Source of the DNA: Octopus sinensis
Lineage: Eukaryota
Length of the DNA: 64,000 nt
Assembly (NCBI RefSeq): GCF_006345805.1
Contig: NC_043004.1
Coordinates: forward strand, 7,874,001 to 7,938,000
Direction of reading: 5' to 3'
Each line of letters opens with the position of its first letter. The first letter of the stretch is position 1. Made by a program: the position numbers and the translations under genes. This document shows, in pieces, positions 62,901 through 64,000 of this stretch. The notes beneath the pieces were generated by a model. That model made no database searches. It was not told the origin of the DNA and saw nothing but the letters and a program-made list of their open reading frames with translations.

Positions 62901-64000
62901 CTTTATTTTGCGACCACAGATTAATAAAATTAAACAAAATCCTCAAAAATTCTGAATATCTCTTGAATAAGCAAAAAATAAACAAGTACTTTGGTGTTCA
63001 CTGCTGCACTTTTGGGACGGATTTATGATGGCTCAGAATTTATGATTTTTATGAAAAAGGAGTGGAGGAAGTCAGCCACACATCATTTTGGGGGATTGAA
63101 GGTTTTCATTTGATTTCATTAATTTCTTTTTTTTATAAATACAAAAAAATCTTTTTTTTGAAATTAGTAAAGCTGAAATGACTTGAACAAATTTAAAAGA
63201 AAAATGTTTTTTTCTAAAAATTATGGAAATATTTATTTCTTTTTTATTTGTGTGAATGGAATAAAGAAAAATAAATGTTTTTCTTCAAAATGACCTCTTC
63301 ATTCATCTTGGGATGTCTGAGGTTTATGTAATATTTTGTTTTGATGAATCTGCTATTTGTTCTAATTTAACCACTTCAATAATCTGTAATAAAATACCAA
63401 AAAAAAAAAAAAAATGGGCAATATGTTAAAATGACATAAAGACAAACAAAATTCTGTTTTCATTTTTAAAATTTTATTTTCAATTTGGAAATATTGAGCA
63501 TCTTCTTGGCACATATAATTTTGGTTGAGTGAATAACTGTTCTTTTCAGTTGGATGTTTCCTTCCATTGAACAAAAGTCAAGCACGTACACACACACACA
63601 CACACAACAGGAATTTCTGCCTACCAAATTCAATCGAGGCTTCAGTCAGCCTAAGGCTATTCCAGAAGACACTTGTCCAAGGTCTACTCAGCCACACTGT
63701 GGCACTTTGAGCAATTGGTGTATGGTATTTAATTGTTGCTGCTCAGTCCAGCCTTCTTCTCCATAGCTCTGTCATATTTTCTGTCTTTAGCACGAAGCTT
63801 CACATTTTAGGAATGGTCAAATTCATTCCAGAGTTTTTCACTAATAATTCTGGTCACTAGAATATTCACCATAGAGAGACGAAAAGCAAAAATCAACTTT
63901 GTGTTTGAATTCTAAATGTAAAGACAGGACATGACTAAAATATTTCCAGGCAGTCTTTAATGCACCATTCTCTCATTTCGCTGCCCTTAAAGGCTAGACT
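58921..64000 (+). repeat. Segmental duplication unit D (partial, continues past the window end)
   Basis: tcttgcaaattgttgg at 58921 matches A 21846. The window end matches A 26887. Confidence 0.93.

Noticed and set aside
21065-64000. CRISPR-like array or prokaryotic system
   Set aside because: The context is eukaryotic and spliceosomal. The repeats are kilobase segmental duplications and microsatellites, with no repeat-spacer structure or cas genes.

Overview
AT-rich animal genomic DNA. The dense tRNA-SINE, RTE-tail and microsatellite content suggests a coleoid cephalopod, probably Octopus (inference, not confirmed). Bases 1-20.6 kb (+) hold the last 11 coding exons of TM9SF4, ending in the C-terminal KxD motif IKID*, with introns full of RTE/CR1 LINE relics, SINEs and MITEs. 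From about 21.07 kb to the window end there is a recent, mosaic tandem amplicon: unit A 21065-36435, unit B 36436-~50650, a unique linker ~50650-53194, truncated unit C 53195-58920, and partial unit D 58921-64000+. It carries three intact, intronless, ~99% identical minus-strand copies of a 305-aa cyclin T-like gene (29717-30634, 45206-46123, 53886-54803). The protein is cyclin-box only. It keeps the main CDK9-contact residues but lacks the whole C-terminal regulatory region and the residue equivalent to human CycT1 Y175. Each copy has a TATA/Inr-like core promoter, an upstream RFX X-box plus CCAAT module, and an AATAAA. This amplified mini-cyclin T, possibly germline or cilia related, is the most interesting system in the window. 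Most other ORFs in the track are microsatellite or repeat artefacts. All counts were made by eye and need computational confirmation.
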